Assembly (NCBI GenBank): GCA_003153475.1
Contig: PLYT01000045.1
Span: forward strand, 16,126-80,125
Source: Betaproteobacteria bacterium
Lineage (GTDB): Bacteria > Pseudomonadota > Gammaproteobacteria > Burkholderiales > Casimicrobiaceae
Reading direction: 5' to 3'
DNA length: 64,000 nucleotides
Program-made: the position numbers and the translations under genes
In this document: positions 9,839 to 19,440 of the stretch, in pieces
Layout: each line of letters opens with the position of its first letter
How positions within the stretch are numbered: position 1 is the stretch's first letter
The notes under the pieces: model-generated
Seen by the model: the letters and a program-made list of their open reading frames with translations, nothing else
What the model was told of the DNA's origin: nothing
Database searches by the model: none

Positions 9839-10969
9839 ATGGCTGACGCCGCGCCGTCGGGCGCTTCGGCCGAAGGCCAGCAGGATCTCGCGCAGCAGAA
9901 ATTCGCCTGTCCCGCCTGCGGCGCCGAGGCGGTCTGGAATCCGGCGCAGCAGGCGCTGGTGTGTCCGTTTTGCGGCACGACATCCCCCGCAACGATCGAC
10001 CAAGCCGGCGTCATCGTCGAGCACGATCTGGTCACCGCGCTTCGCGACATCGGCGACGACAAGCGCGGCTGGCAAATCGAGAAGCGCTACGTCAAGTGTC
10101 GCAGCTGCCAGGCGATATCGGTCATGGACGCGAGCCGGCAGGCGCAACGCTGCGAGTTCTGCGGCTCGGCACAGCTCGTCCCCTACGAATCGGTCAAGGA
10201 CGCATTTCGCCCCGAGAGCGTGCTGCCGTTCACGATAACCGAGGACAAGGCGCGCGATGGCATCCGCGCCTGGTACGCCAGGCTGTGGCTGGCACCGAAT
10301 GCGCTCAAGCGCGCCGCGCTGACGGACACGGTCAAGGGCGTCTATCTGCCGTACTGGACGTTCGACGCCAAAGCCGACGCCGCGTGGACCGCCGAGGCCG
10401 GCCACTATTACTACACGACCGAAACCTATACTGACGGCAGCGGACGCACGCAGACGCGCGAAGTTCGCCAGGTACGCTGGGAGCCGGCGGCGGGTCGCCT
10501 GCAGCACGTTTTCGACGACGATCTGGTCTGCGCCTCGGTAGGCGTGCACCCGGCGCTGCTGCGCGGCGTCGAGCCGTTTCCGACCGGCGAGCTCAAGCCT
10601 TACGACGCGGCATATGTTGCCGGCTGGGTGGTCGAGCGCTACCAGCTCGATCTGGTCGGTGCGGCGAAGGCAGCGCGCGAGGCGATGGACGAGGAACTCC
10701 GACGCTTGTGTGCGGCACAGATTCCCGGCGACACCTATCGCAATCTCGACGTGCGCGCCGCCTATTCCGGGCAGACGTTCAAGCACATCCTCGCGCCGAT
10801 CTGGCTGCTGACCTACTCTTTCGGCTCGCGCAGCTTCCAGGCGGTCATGAACGGCGTCACCGGGGCGATCCAGGGCGAGTACCCGAAGAGCTGGGTAAAG
10901 CTTACGCTGCTGGGCATCGCGATCCTGATCGCGGTGCTCGTCGTGCTGTCGCTCGGCACTCACCGCTGA
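9839..10969 (+). CDS. double zinc-ribbon protein with a C-terminal TM anchor
   Basis: Two CxxC-Nn-CxxC ribbons (CPACG...CPFCG and CRSCQ...CEFCG) and the C-terminal helix LTLLGIAILIAVLVVLSL. Co-directional with the SPFH gene. Confidence 0.65.
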   Translation: MADAAPSGASAEGQQDLAQQKFACPACGAEAVWNPAQQALVCPFCGTTSPATIDQAGVIVEHDLVTALRDIGDDKRGWQIEKRYVKCRSCQAISVMDASRQAQRCEFCGSAQLVPYESVKDAFRPESVLPFTITEDKARDGIRAWYARLWLAPNALKRAALTDTVKGVYLPYWTFDAKADAAWTAEAGHYYYTTETYTDGSGRTQTREVRQVRWEPAAGRLQHVFDDDLVCASVGVHPALLRGVEPFPTGELKPYDAAYVAGWVVERYQLDLVGAAKAAREAMDEELRRLCAAQIPGDTYRNLDVRAAYSGQTFKHILAPIWLLTYSFGSRSFQAVMNGVTGAIQGEYPKSWVKLTLLGIAILIAVLVVLSLGTHR

Positions 10970-11020
10970 CGATTCGATTCGCGACGGGATGATCGATTCG
11001 ATGTCTGCACCGGAGCCCCG

Positions 11021-11749
11021 ATGAAATCGGCCATCGTCACCGGCGTATCGCGCGGCCTAGGCGAATCGCTGGCCGCGGCACTGCTCGCGCACGGCTTTGC
11101 GGTCACCGGCGTCGGGCGCGCCAGCGCCGACCGGCTGTTGGGCGAGCGATACCGCTTCGTACGCTGCGATCTCGGGCAGGTCGCGGCGATCGAGCCCACG
11201 CTGGCGCCGGTATTCGCCGACATCGCCGCGGCGCGCCCGCGCTCGATTTGTCTGATCAACAATGCCGCCGTTGCGGGACCGGTAGGCGCGCTGGGCACAT
11301 TCGACGCGGCCTCGGTCGCCGACGCGCTGGCGGTGAATCTGGTGGCACCCGTCACGCTGACCAACCTGTTTTGCCGCGCGTTTGGCGCCGTGCCGGCGCC
11401 ATGCCTGGTGATCAACGTTTCATCGGGGCTCGCCGAGCGCGCGCTCCCCGGCAGCGGCCCTTACTCGATCGCCAAGGCGGGGCTGGAGATGCTGACGCGG
11501 CAGATCGTCGCCGATGTGAAAGCGCCAGGCTTCCGCGCGATTTCGCTGCGACCCGGCATCATCGACACCGGCATGCAGTCCTTCATGCGCGAGCAGCCGC
11601 GCGAGGCGTTCGCCAATGTCGACATGTTCCGCGACTTCCACGCGTCGGGGCAGCTGGTCCCGCCCGACGTCGTTGCGGGCAAGATCGTCGATAGACTGGT
11701 GCTGGGCGAGGTCGAGAACGGACGAAGCTACAGCTACAAGGAGCTGTAG
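11021..11749 (+). CDS. short-chain dehydrogenase/reductase (SDR) family oxidoreductase
   Basis: TGVSRGLG cofactor motif, NNAA, and the S...YSIAKAG catalytic motif. Confidence 0.8.
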   Translation: MKSAIVTGVSRGLGESLAAALLAHGFAVTGVGRASADRLLGERYRFVRCDLGQVAAIEPTLAPVFADIAAARPRSICLINNAAVAGPVGALGTFDAASVADALAVNLVAPVTLTNLFCRAFGAVPAPCLVINVSSGLAERALPGSGPYSIAKAGLEMLTRQIVADVKAPGFRAISLRPGIIDTGMQSFMREQPREAFANVDMFRDFHASGQLVPPDVVAGKIVDRLVLGEVENGRSYSYKEL

Positions 11750-11791
11750 CGCATCGGCGGCCGCGCCGCCCTTCGCGCGGGAGGCGGCTCT

Positions 11792-12169
11792 TTAGCGCCG
11801 CAACCTTTCGACCCGGTAATCGAGCACGCTGCCGCCGGCGCTTGCTTCCCACATCAGGCAATAGGTCTGGTCGCGATCGGCGGTGAATTCGCCGGATTCG
11901 CCCTGCGTGCTTGCGGCCGAAACCGGTTCGATCACCGCATTGGCATCGTGAAAATGGATGTTGAATGCCAGCGGTACGCTGCTCCTGAAGAGGTAGCCGA
12001 TGCGCTGTTCCGCCCGCAACTCCACGCATTCCTCGTGGATGGCGTAGGGCGCAATCTCGAGGCCGGCGACGACCTTGGGCGCGTCCAGCCGGTCCGGCGC
12101 CGTGGCGCAGGCGGCGACGCCAAACGACGTGGCCAGCGCGATCGCGAGCGGTTTGCCGCGGGCGATCAA
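11792..12169 (-). CDS. hypothetical lipoprotein
   Basis: Lipobox-like SFGVAAC near the N-terminus. Its start overlaps the upstream GNAT stop (ATGA). Confidence 0.5.
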   Translation of the reverse strand: MIARGKPLAIALATSFGVAACATAPDRLDAPKVVAGLEIAPYAIHEECVELRAEQRIGYLFRSSVPLAFNIHFHDANAVIEPVSAASTQGESGEFTADRDQTYCLMWEASAGGSVLDYRVERLRR

Positions 12170-12759
12170 TGACCGCTCCGGCGCAGGCGGCGCCAGTCTT
12201 CGGCCAGCATCGCGAAGCGCTCGTGATCGCGCCAGCGGCCGGCGATCTTGACGTACCGGCGCGAAAAGCCTTCGTGCGTGAATCCCGCCCGCCGCACCAG
12301 CGACACCGACGCCCGATTGGTCGGCTGCACATTGGCTTCGACCCGATGCAGCTTGAGCTTGACGAACGCGAGCGCCAGCACGAGGTTCAGCCCTTCGGAC
12401 ATGTAGCCATGGCCGGCATGCGGGGCGAAAGCGTAGTAACCCAGATAGCTGCTCTCGAATGCGCCGCGAACGATTTCGCTGAAATTGAACACGCCGATCA
12501 GCGCATCGTCGTCGAGCCTGCAGACGACGACGCCGATGTGCGACGCGCTTGCGGGGTCCCGCGACTTCGGTCCGGCGAAATGGCGGAGATACGCCGCGTA
12601 GCCCGCTTTGGTCGTCGGCGCCTGCACCCGGCCCCGATGCAGCCGTCCGGAAAGCCGCACGCCGGCAATGAACGCCGCGGCGTCGCGCGGACCCGGCCGT
12701 CGCAGGTAAACCCTGGGCCCGACGGCGAGCGCATGCTTCGGGGCTGGCATAATGCGCAT
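12166..12759 (-). CDS. GNAT family N-acetyltransferase (RimJ/RimL-like)
   Basis: Only the C-terminal 197 aa of the 872-aa track ORF look coding: VYLRRPGPRDAAAF...GYYAFAPHAGHGYMSEGL...LHRVEANVQPTNRASVSLVRRAGFTHEG. The start is at 12759 or 12750. Confidence 0.75.
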   Translation of the reverse strand: MRIMPAPKHALAVGPRVYLRRPGPRDAAAFIAGVRLSGRLHRGRVQAPTTKAGYAAYLRHFAGPKSRDPASASHIGVVVCRLDDDALIGVFNFSEIVRGAFESSYLGYYAFAPHAGHGYMSEGLNLVLALAFVKLKLHRVEANVQPTNRASVSLVRRAGFTHEGFSRRYVKIAGRWRDHERFAMLAEDWRRLRRSGH

Positions 12760-12783
12760 CTTACCGCGAGGGGTGTGCTGGCA

Positions 12784-13539
12784 ATGAGCCATTGGATCGA
12801 AGGCAAGGTGGCCGGCAAGCGCCAATGGACGGAGAGGCTCTTCTCGCTGCAGGTTGCAGCACCCGCCCTCACGTTCGTCGCCGGACAGTTCGCGCGGCTG
12901 GCCTTGCCCGCGCCGCCCGGGTCGAAGGAGCCGATGCTCGGCCGGCCGTATTCGTTCGTCAATCCGCCCCAGCTCGCGCCGCACGAATTCTATTTCAACG
13001 TGCTGCCCGAGGGACCGCTGTCGCCGCGTCTCGCCGCACTCGAGCCCGGGGCTCCGGTCTGGCTGCTCGAGCGCGCGAACGGATTTTTCAGCATGCCCGA
13101 GGTGCCTTCGGCAGCCGTGCTTTGGTGCCTCGCCACCGGCACCGGCATCGGCCCGTTCCTGTCGATCCTGCGCACTGCCGATCCCTGGGAAAAGTTCGAG
13201 CGCGTCGTGCTCGTGCACGCGGTGCGCTATGCGCAGGATCTGTCCTACGGCGAGGTAATCGCCGACATCGGGGCCGCGCATGCGGGCAGGTTCGCGTTCG
13301 CGCCCTTCGTCAGTCGCGAGACCGATCGCAGCGTCCTGTCCGGCCGGATTCCCGACGCGATTCGCGACGGCCGATTGGAAGCGTGGACCGGCCTGCCGTT
13401 GACGGCGGACAACGCCCACGCAATGCTTTGCGGCAATCCCGACATGGTGCGCGACACGCAGGCCGTGCTCGAATTGCGCGGCATGAAACGCCACCGCCGC
13501 CGCGAGCCAGGGAACTACACGCTCGAGACGTACTGGTAA
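12784..13539 (+). CDS. fpr: ferredoxin-NADP+ reductase
   Basis: GQFARL, RPYSFVN (the RxYS FAD motif), ATGTGIGPFLSIL, MLCGNPDMV and the C-terminal ETYW. Confidence 0.85.
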   Translation: MSHWIEGKVAGKRQWTERLFSLQVAAPALTFVAGQFARLALPAPPGSKEPMLGRPYSFVNPPQLAPHEFYFNVLPEGPLSPRLAALEPGAPVWLLERANGFFSMPEVPSAAVLWCLATGTGIGPFLSILRTADPWEKFERVVLVHAVRYAQDLSYGEVIADIGAAHAGRFAFAPFVSRETDRSVLSGRIPDAIRDGRLEAWTGLPLTADNAHAMLCGNPDMVRDTQAVLELRGMKRHRRREPGNYTLETYW

Positions 13540-13550
13540 CCGTCCAGGCC

Positions 13551-16214
13551 CTAGTCGACCAGGCCGTGCGCGACGATTTCGGCGACGTCGGCCGACAGCG
13601 CCGGCGCGGCCGCAATCCGCTCGAGCGCGGCGCGCTGCAGTGCGCCGCGTGTCGCATCGAATCGCCGCCAGCGATTGAATGCGGCGACCAGCCGGGCGGC
13701 GATCTGCGGATTGCTGCGGTCGATCGTGAGCACCTGATCGGCGACGAACGCATAGCCGCCGCCGTCCGCGGCATGGAATGCCGGCAGGTTCGACTGGGCG
13801 AACGCGCCGACCAGCGACCGGATCCGATTGGGGTTGCGCGCGTCGTACGCCGGATGCGAAAGCAGCGCGCGCACGCGATCGAGCGTGTCCGACCGAGCCG
13901 AGGTCGCCTGCAGCGCCAGCCACTTGTCCATCACCAGCGGATTGCCGCGCCAGCGCGACTCGAATCGCGCCATCGCGATGCTGCGTGCTTCGGCGCCCGT
14001 GTCGTTCAGCGCGGCCAGTGCGGCGATCGAGTCGGTCATGTTGTCGGCGGCGTCGAATTGCGCCAGCGCCAGCGCGTGCGAGGCCGCATCGTCCCGCGCG
14101 CCCAGATACGCGAGGCAGACGTTCTTCAGCGATCGTCGCGCGACTTGCGCGGGGTCGGCCGAATAGGTGCCGGCGGTGCGATGCGCGGCGAAGGCGCTTT
14201 CGAATTCGACCGAGAGCTCCCGCGCCAGCGCCGCCATCGTCGCCATGCGCACGCGATGCAGCGCTTCGATGTCGATCGGCGTCTGCTGATCGGCGAGGAT
14301 GCTTAACCGCGGCGGTCGCAGCGCGAGCGCGAGCAGCGCCGGATCGCTCGCCTGGTCGGCGAGAAGCGCGCGGACGACGTCGACCAGCGCCGGCGGCAGA
14401 GCGAACGCAGCGCCGGCTTTGCTGCGACTGGCCTCGGCGAGGATCGCCCGCGAAAATATCCGCTGTGCGGCGTCCCAGCGGCATACCGGATCGGAATCGT
14501 GCGCGGCGAGCAGCGCGAGATCCCCCTCGTCGTAGTCGTAGTCGACCTTGACCGGCGCCGAGAACCCGCGCAGCAGCGACGGCACCGGGGGCTCGCGGAC
14601 GTCGACGAAGCGAAACGACTGCCGCGCCTGCCGCAGGTGCACGACCGCCGTCGTGGTGGAGACGGTGCCGGCGGTGGCGCCATCGAGATGCAGCGGCAGA
14701 TCGCTTCCGTCGCGGCCGACGAGTCCGATCGCCAGCGGAATGTGCAGTGGGCGTTTGTCCGGTTGGCCGGGCGTCGGCGGACACGATTGCGCGACGTCGA
14801 GGGTGAAGGTGTGCGCCGCGGCCTCATAATGGCCACGTACCGCGAGCGTCGGTGTGCCGGCCTGGCTATACCAGAGGCGGAATTGGACGAGATCGACGCC
14901 TGAGGTATCCTGCATCGCCTGGACGAAATCGTCGCAGGTGACCGCCTGGCCGTCGTGGCGTTCGAAGTAGAGATCCATGCCGCGGCGGAAAGCTTCCGGT
15001 CCGAGCAGCGCCCGCTGCATCCGGATTACCTCGGCGCCCTTTTCGTAGACCGTCGCCGTGTAGAAATTGTTGATCTCGGCGTAGCTGTCGGGGCGCACCG
15101 GATGCGCGGTCGGACCCGCATCCTCGGCAAATTGCTGTGCGCGCAGAAAGTCGACCGCTTCGATGCGCTCGACCGCGCGCGAGCCGACGTCGCTCGAGTA
15201 TTCCTGGTCGCGGAACACCGTCAGGCCCTCTTTCAGCGACAGCTGGAACCAGTCGCGGCAGGTGACGCGGTTGCCGGTCCAATTGTGAAAGTATTCGTGG
15301 GCGATGACTCCCTCGATGTTCGAATAATCGGCGTCGGTCGCCGTTTCCGGGTTGGCCAGCAGCAGCTTGCTGTTGAATATGTTGAGACCCTTGTTCTCCA
15401 TCGCGCCCATGTTGAAGTCATCGGCGCAAAAGATCATGAAGGTGTCGAGGTCGTACTCCCGGCCGTAGCATTGCTCGTCCCAGCGCATCGCGCGCTGCAA
15501 CGCCGCCATCGCATGGCGGCATTTGGCGAGGTTGGCCTGCGTCGAGAAAATACGCAGCGCGACCTTGCGTCCAGGCGCGGTGGTGAACTCGTCGTCGAGC
15601 GAAGCCAAATCGCCGGCGACCAGCGCGAACAGGTATGAGGGCTTCGGATACGGATCGTGCCAGATGGCGTAGTGCCGCCCCGCGTCCCCGGGGACCGCGC
15701 CCCGCTCGACCAGATTGCCGTTCGAAAGCAGCACCGGGTACCGCTTGCGGTCGGCGACGATCGTTACCGTGTACCGCGCCAGCACGTCCGGCCGGTCCTG
15801 AAAAAAGGCGATGCGGCGAAACCCTTCCGCTTCGCATTGGGTGCAAAACACACCCGATGAGAGGTACAAGCCCTCGAGCGCGCTGTTGGCGTCCGGGGCG
15901 CATTCGGAGACGATGTGCAGTACACCCGCGTCAGGCAGTGCCGGAAAAGTGATGCCGGCCGAGCCCAGCGCGTATTCGCGGGGAGTCAGCGGGCGGCCAT
16001 CCAGGCGAACCTCGACCAGCTTCAACTGCTCGCCGAAAAGCGACAGCGCGGCGCCGTGCTCGCCCGCCGGATTCCTGCGGTAGGCGAATTGCGCCGTCAC
16101 GCGCGTGGCGGCAGGATCGAGCTCGAAGCGGAGCTCGACGTCGTCGACGAGGTGCGAGGGCGGGCGATAGGCGAGCCGTTGTACGACCGGCGGCGCCGCG
16201 TCGCGAGGCAGCAT
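13551..16214 (-). CDS. pepN: aminopeptidase N
   Basis: 887 aa carrying GAMENKG and HEYFHNWTGNRVT...WFQLSLKEG, the M1 zinc motif. Confidence 0.93.
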   Translation of the reverse strand: MLPRDAAPPVVQRLAYRPPSHLVDDVELRFELDPAATRVTAQFAYRRNPAGEHGAALSLFGEQLKLVEVRLDGRPLTPREYALGSAGITFPALPDAGVLHIVSECAPDANSALEGLYLSSGVFCTQCEAEGFRRIAFFQDRPDVLARYTVTIVADRKRYPVLLSNGNLVERGAVPGDAGRHYAIWHDPYPKPSYLFALVAGDLASLDDEFTTAPGRKVALRIFSTQANLAKCRHAMAALQRAMRWDEQCYGREYDLDTFMIFCADDFNMGAMENKGLNIFNSKLLLANPETATDADYSNIEGVIAHEYFHNWTGNRVTCRDWFQLSLKEGLTVFRDQEYSSDVGSRAVERIEAVDFLRAQQFAEDAGPTAHPVRPDSYAEINNFYTATVYEKGAEVIRMQRALLGPEAFRRGMDLYFERHDGQAVTCDDFVQAMQDTSGVDLVQFRLWYSQAGTPTLAVRGHYEAAAHTFTLDVAQSCPPTPGQPDKRPLHIPLAIGLVGRDGSDLPLHLDGATAGTVSTTTAVVHLRQARQSFRFVDVREPPVPSLLRGFSAPVKVDYDYDEGDLALLAAHDSDPVCRWDAAQRIFSRAILAEASRSKAGAAFALPPALVDVVRALLADQASDPALLALALRPPRLSILADQQTPIDIEALHRVRMATMAALARELSVEFESAFAAHRTAGTYSADPAQVARRSLKNVCLAYLGARDDAASHALALAQFDAADNMTDSIAALAALNDTGAEARSIAMARFESRWRGNPLVMDKWLALQATSARSDTLDRVRALLSHPAYDARNPNRIRSLVGAFAQSNLPAFHAADGGGYAFVADQVLTIDRSNPQIAARLVAAFNRWRRFDATRGALQRAALERIAAAPALSADVAEIVAHGLVD

Positions 16215-16672
16215 CAGCGCTTGACGTCCAACAGCTCGACGTCGAAAAGCAGCGTCGCGTCGGGCGGAATGACGCCGCCGGCGCCTCGGCTGCCGTACCC
16301 CATGTCGGGCGGGATGATCAGCGTGCGCTGTCCGCCGACTTTCATGCCGGCCACGCCTTCATCCCAGCCGCGGATGACGCGTCCCCCGCCCAGCGGAAAA
16401 ACGAAGGGCTCGTTGCGATCGCGCGAGGAATCGAATTTGGTTCCTTTGTGATCGGCGGCGGCAGGCGCGTAAAGCCATCCAGTGTAGTGAACAACTACCG
16501 ACGCACCTTTGACGGCTTCCGCACCGGTGCCGATTTTATTGTCGATCTTTTGCAGTTCATTCAATTTGGCACCCATCTTGCTAGCTGTAGTTGAGGGATC
16601 TGTCGCGCCCGTTTGTGCGAGCGCCAAGCAGGTGGCGAGCAACAGCGCGGCTGTCGAAAGCGAGAGCTGCAT
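16214..16672 (-). CDS. secreted FKBP-type peptidyl-prolyl cis-trans isomerase
   Basis: Signal peptide [20 protein letters not shown], then VHYTGWL...[51 protein letters not shown]...[10 protein letters not shown]. The start could also be at 16732. Confidence 0.85.
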   Translation of the reverse strand: MQLSLSTAALLLATCLALAQTGATDPSTTASKMGAKLNELQKIDNKIGTGAEAVKGASVVVHYTGWLYAPAAADHKGTKFDSSRDRNEPFVFPLGGGRVIRGWDEGVAGMKVGGQRTLIIPPDMGYGSRGAGGVIPPDATLLFDVELLDVKR

Positions 16673-16940
16673 CTGTCTCGTGGAAAATGAGACGCTTGGC
16701 ACGTAGACCTCCGGGATGAGCGCGGCGGACAAAATGCGCGCTACGATTTATAACGATGCGATAATTTTACTCCAACCCAATGATGCTTTTTGCGCGGCCG
16801 ACGGATTTCGGCTATAAATCAGGGTTCCTCCGCAACTCGGCAATCAGGTCGACGGGGCCGCAATGAGCGCGACGTCCGGCACGGGCGGTGGGCAGAACTC
16901 AGGGCAGAGCCATCGTCGTCAAGCTGGCTCAATCAAAGCG

Positions 16941-18644
16941 ATGTTTGGATTTTTGACCCCACAAGGCAAGGACTCCGCCGATCCGCTGCAAAGCTCGAAG
17001 GCTGCGGCCGCATGGCTGCGGCAGCTTCCGGCGCTTGACGTCATCGGACGGCAGCAGCACGTGATTCGCGCACTCGACGGGGTGCGCGGAACGCAGCGTC
17101 CGATCGACTTGAACCGCATCGCCGCGATCGGATTCGTCGACGCCGCGCTCGGCGCCGATCGCCGCCAGCTGATCAAGCAGTACATCGAAAACATCGAGAG
17201 CGCGCCCAAGCTCGCCGAGCGCATCTGGCAGGCGCTCTGGGAAATGAGTCAGGCGTTCACGCTCGCCTATCAGCAGGCGCTCGAGAGCGCGTTGCCGCAG
17301 GCGGGCAACGCGCGCTGGCGCGCGATTCTGCCGCTGCTGTTCGTGCGTTTCGTTCACTTCCAGGGTACCGACGCCAAGCTGCGCGTGTTCAAGTACGAAC
17401 GATGGATTCCGGCCAAGTGGATCGAGTTGCATCAGGCCTACCTTCGCGCGTGCGAGATGCAGTGCGACAAGGAGCCCGCTGTGCTGCCCGCGGCAGGCGC
17501 ACAGGCGCAACAATGGTCGGTCGAGCAGGAATATCTGTATGTGCTTCTCGTGCATCAGCTCAACACCGGCAACCTCAACCCGACCGAGATCGATTGGGCG
17601 AGCTCGCAGCTTCGCGCCTGGACCCGCCGTCTCGCGCTCGAGCAGATTCCGCTGTCGCTGGAAGGATTTTTCGTCGATCTGGCCGGACGCGAAGGCCTGG
17701 TGAAGCGGACGGGCAACGATCGCGGCTCGGTACTGCGCTATCTCGACACGACGCCGCTGGCCGACGGTCTCGAGCGCGCGATCACCGCGCTGCGCGAAGC
17801 CGAGCTCACCGACCAGGGACCGGTCGCCGCGATCAATCAGCAGCGTCTGTCGGTATTGCGCAAGATCCAGCCCGCCGTTTCGCCGACGTCGGAAACCGAG
17901 CTGCGACGCGATCCGCGCGTCCCGGTCGCGGTATCGGCGCGGGTGCGGATCGGCCTGTCGCGCATTTGCCAGGACCTGGGCGCGCAAGCCGCGGGCGAAA
18001 CCAGCAACGACGTCAACGCGGGAACCGAGCAGATCGAAGTATTTGCGGTCGCGGGCGCGCCGCGTATCAGGCGCAAGCTGCCGTCCGAGGACGATTCGCT
18101 CGCCGTGAGCCTTTCCTCGTGGACCGACCCGACCTGGGAAATCAAGGACCGCAGCGTTGCCGGACTGCGCATTGCGGCGACCGGCGGCATCGGCCAGAGT
18201 CTGACCTTGGGCGCGCTGGTTGCCGTTCGACAGTCCGACGTCGGTGGCTGGCTGCTCGGCGTCGTGCGGCGCCTGAACAAGGTTTCCAACGAAGATGTCG
18301 AAGCCGGCGTCAATATCATCGCGGAACGCGTCGTGGCGGTGACCCTGGCGGCGAAGCGGCGCGCGAACGAGGACCTGGGTTATGTCATCAACGGCCTCGA
18401 CATGTCGACGATGGGCGAGCGCTTCGAGGGCCTGTACCTGCCGCCGCCTTCGCGTCCCGACAAACCGCTGGCGATGAAGACGATCATTGTGCCGACCTCC
18501 GAATACGCCGAAGGGCGCAATGTCCTGCTGACGACGGCGCGGTCGGTGTACACGGTGTCGATGCGCCATCTGGTCGAGCAGCGACCCGACTGGAGCTGGG
18601 CGACGATCCAGCTGGTCGACAAGAAGGTGCGGGAGGACGGTTAG
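16941..18644 (+). CDS. hypothetical protein with a C-terminal PilZ-like (cyclic-di-GMP binding) region
   Basis: 567 aa from MFGFLTPQ. It contains RRDPRV and RIRRK (RxxxR-like) upstream of IKDRSVAGLRI (DxSxxG). The N-terminal ~330 aa match nothing I recognise. Confidence 0.55.
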   Translation: MFGFLTPQGKDSADPLQSSKAAAAWLRQLPALDVIGRQQHVIRALDGVRGTQRPIDLNRIAAIGFVDAALGADRRQLIKQYIENIESAPKLAERIWQALWEMSQAFTLAYQQALESALPQAGNARWRAILPLLFVRFVHFQGTDAKLRVFKYERWIPAKWIELHQAYLRACEMQCDKEPAVLPAAGAQAQQWSVEQEYLYVLLVHQLNTGNLNPTEIDWASSQLRAWTRRLALEQIPLSLEGFFVDLAGREGLVKRTGNDRGSVLRYLDTTPLADGLERAITALREAELTDQGPVAAINQQRLSVLRKIQPAVSPTSETELRRDPRVPVAVSARVRIGLSRICQDLGAQAAGETSNDVNAGTEQIEVFAVAGAPRIRRKLPSEDDSLAVSLSSWTDPTWEIKDRSVAGLRIAATGGIGQSLTLGALVAVRQSDVGGWLLGVVRRLNKVSNEDVEAGVNIIAERVVAVTLAAKRRANEDLGYVINGLDMSTMGERFEGLYLPPPSRPDKPLAMKTIIVPTSEYAEGRNVLLTTARSVYTVSMRHLVEQRPDWSWATIQLVDKKVREDG

Positions 18645-18650
18645 TTAGGC

Positions 18651-19433
18651 TTAGTCCAGCGGCCGGAATCTGAGACTCAAGCTGCGCTGGAACATGTCCG
18701 GCAAATCCGGCCTCGGTAGCGGCGAGGATTTGATGATCGCGCGCTGCACCGCGTCGTCGTAGGCGCGATTGCCGCTCGACTTCCTGATCTGCGCATCGAT
18801 GATCTCGCCGGTCGGCAACTGCACGACGTCGAAGATCGCCTCCGGATTGCCGGCGATCTCGGGCGGCACGACGACGTTGCCTTTGATCTTGGCCTGGATG
18901 CGGCGGATGTAGTCGGCGTTGGCGCGAGCCTTCGCCGCATCGGCGGCGGCGGTCTGCTCGCGCGCGGCCTGTGCCTTGAGCGCATCGGCCTCGCGCGCCT
19001 GGCGTTCGCGCACTTCGGCCAGCCGCTTTTCCTCGACCTTCTTTTTTTCGGCGTCGATGCGCTCTTTTTCCTTGCGCTCGCGATCGGCCTGCTCTTTCCT
19101 GCGCTGCTGGTCCTGCTTTTCCTTCAGCGCGATATCGGCCTTGGTCGGCTGCGGAGGTTCGGCCTTCGGCACGGGCTTCGGCGGCTCGGGCGGCGGCTTC
19201 GGCGGCTCGGGTTGCGGTTTCGGCGGTTCCGGCTCGGGCTTCGGCGGTTGCGGGGCCGGCGCCGCTTCCTTCGGTGGCGCATAGAGGTCGACGCTCACCG
19301 GCTCGGGCTCGCGATTCCGCCAATCGACACTGAAGATAAGGAAGACGACGAACGCAAGATGCACGGCGACGGCGAGGATCGCGGCAATCCATTTGCCGAC
19401 CGACCAGCCGGGCGCCGGGCGCGACGGAGGCAT
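18651..19433 (-). CDS. tolA: cell-envelope integrity protein TolA
   Basis: N-terminal TM helix, a Pro-rich PKPEPEPPKPQPEPPKP segment, a long K/E/A-rich helix, and a C-terminal domain with SSGNRAYDDAVQRAIIKSSPLP. Confidence 0.8.
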   Translation of the reverse strand: MPPSRPAPGWSVGKWIAAILAVAVHLAFVVFLIFSVDWRNREPEPVSVDLYAPPKEAAPAPQPPKPEPEPPKPQPEPPKPPPEPPKPVPKAEPPQPTKADIALKEKQDQQRRKEQADRERKEKERIDAEKKKVEEKRLAEVRERQAREADALKAQAAREQTAAADAAKARANADYIRRIQAKIKGNVVVPPEIAGNPEAIFDVVQLPTGEIIDAQIRKSSGNRAYDDAVQRAIIKSSPLPRPDLPDMFQRSLSLRFRPLD

Positions 19434-19440
19434 GGTCGAT

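Noticed and set aside
12166-14784. Very long track ORFs such as 12166-14784 (-, 872 aa), 4531-6195 (+), 5607-7388 (+), 32163-33737 (-), 55464-56837 (-), 25669-28041 (+) and 16929-18569 (-)
   Set aside because: Only the segment adjoining the stop matches a protein family (GNAT, HslV, UbiH-like, KdsC and HpnM respectively), or the whole ORF is antisense to a well-supported gene. Long open frames are expected by chance at this G+C. The track extends each ORF to the first upstream ATG/GTG/TTG.
19100-19290. Short periodic repeats in the tolA region (PEPPKP-coding), considered as a possible CRISPR or satellite array; the lptA 9-mers were considered the same way
   Set aside because: The repeats are 6-18 nt, in frame, and encode low-complexity Pro-rich or Lys-rich linkers inside well-supported genes. 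There is no repeat-spacer architecture anywhere in the window.
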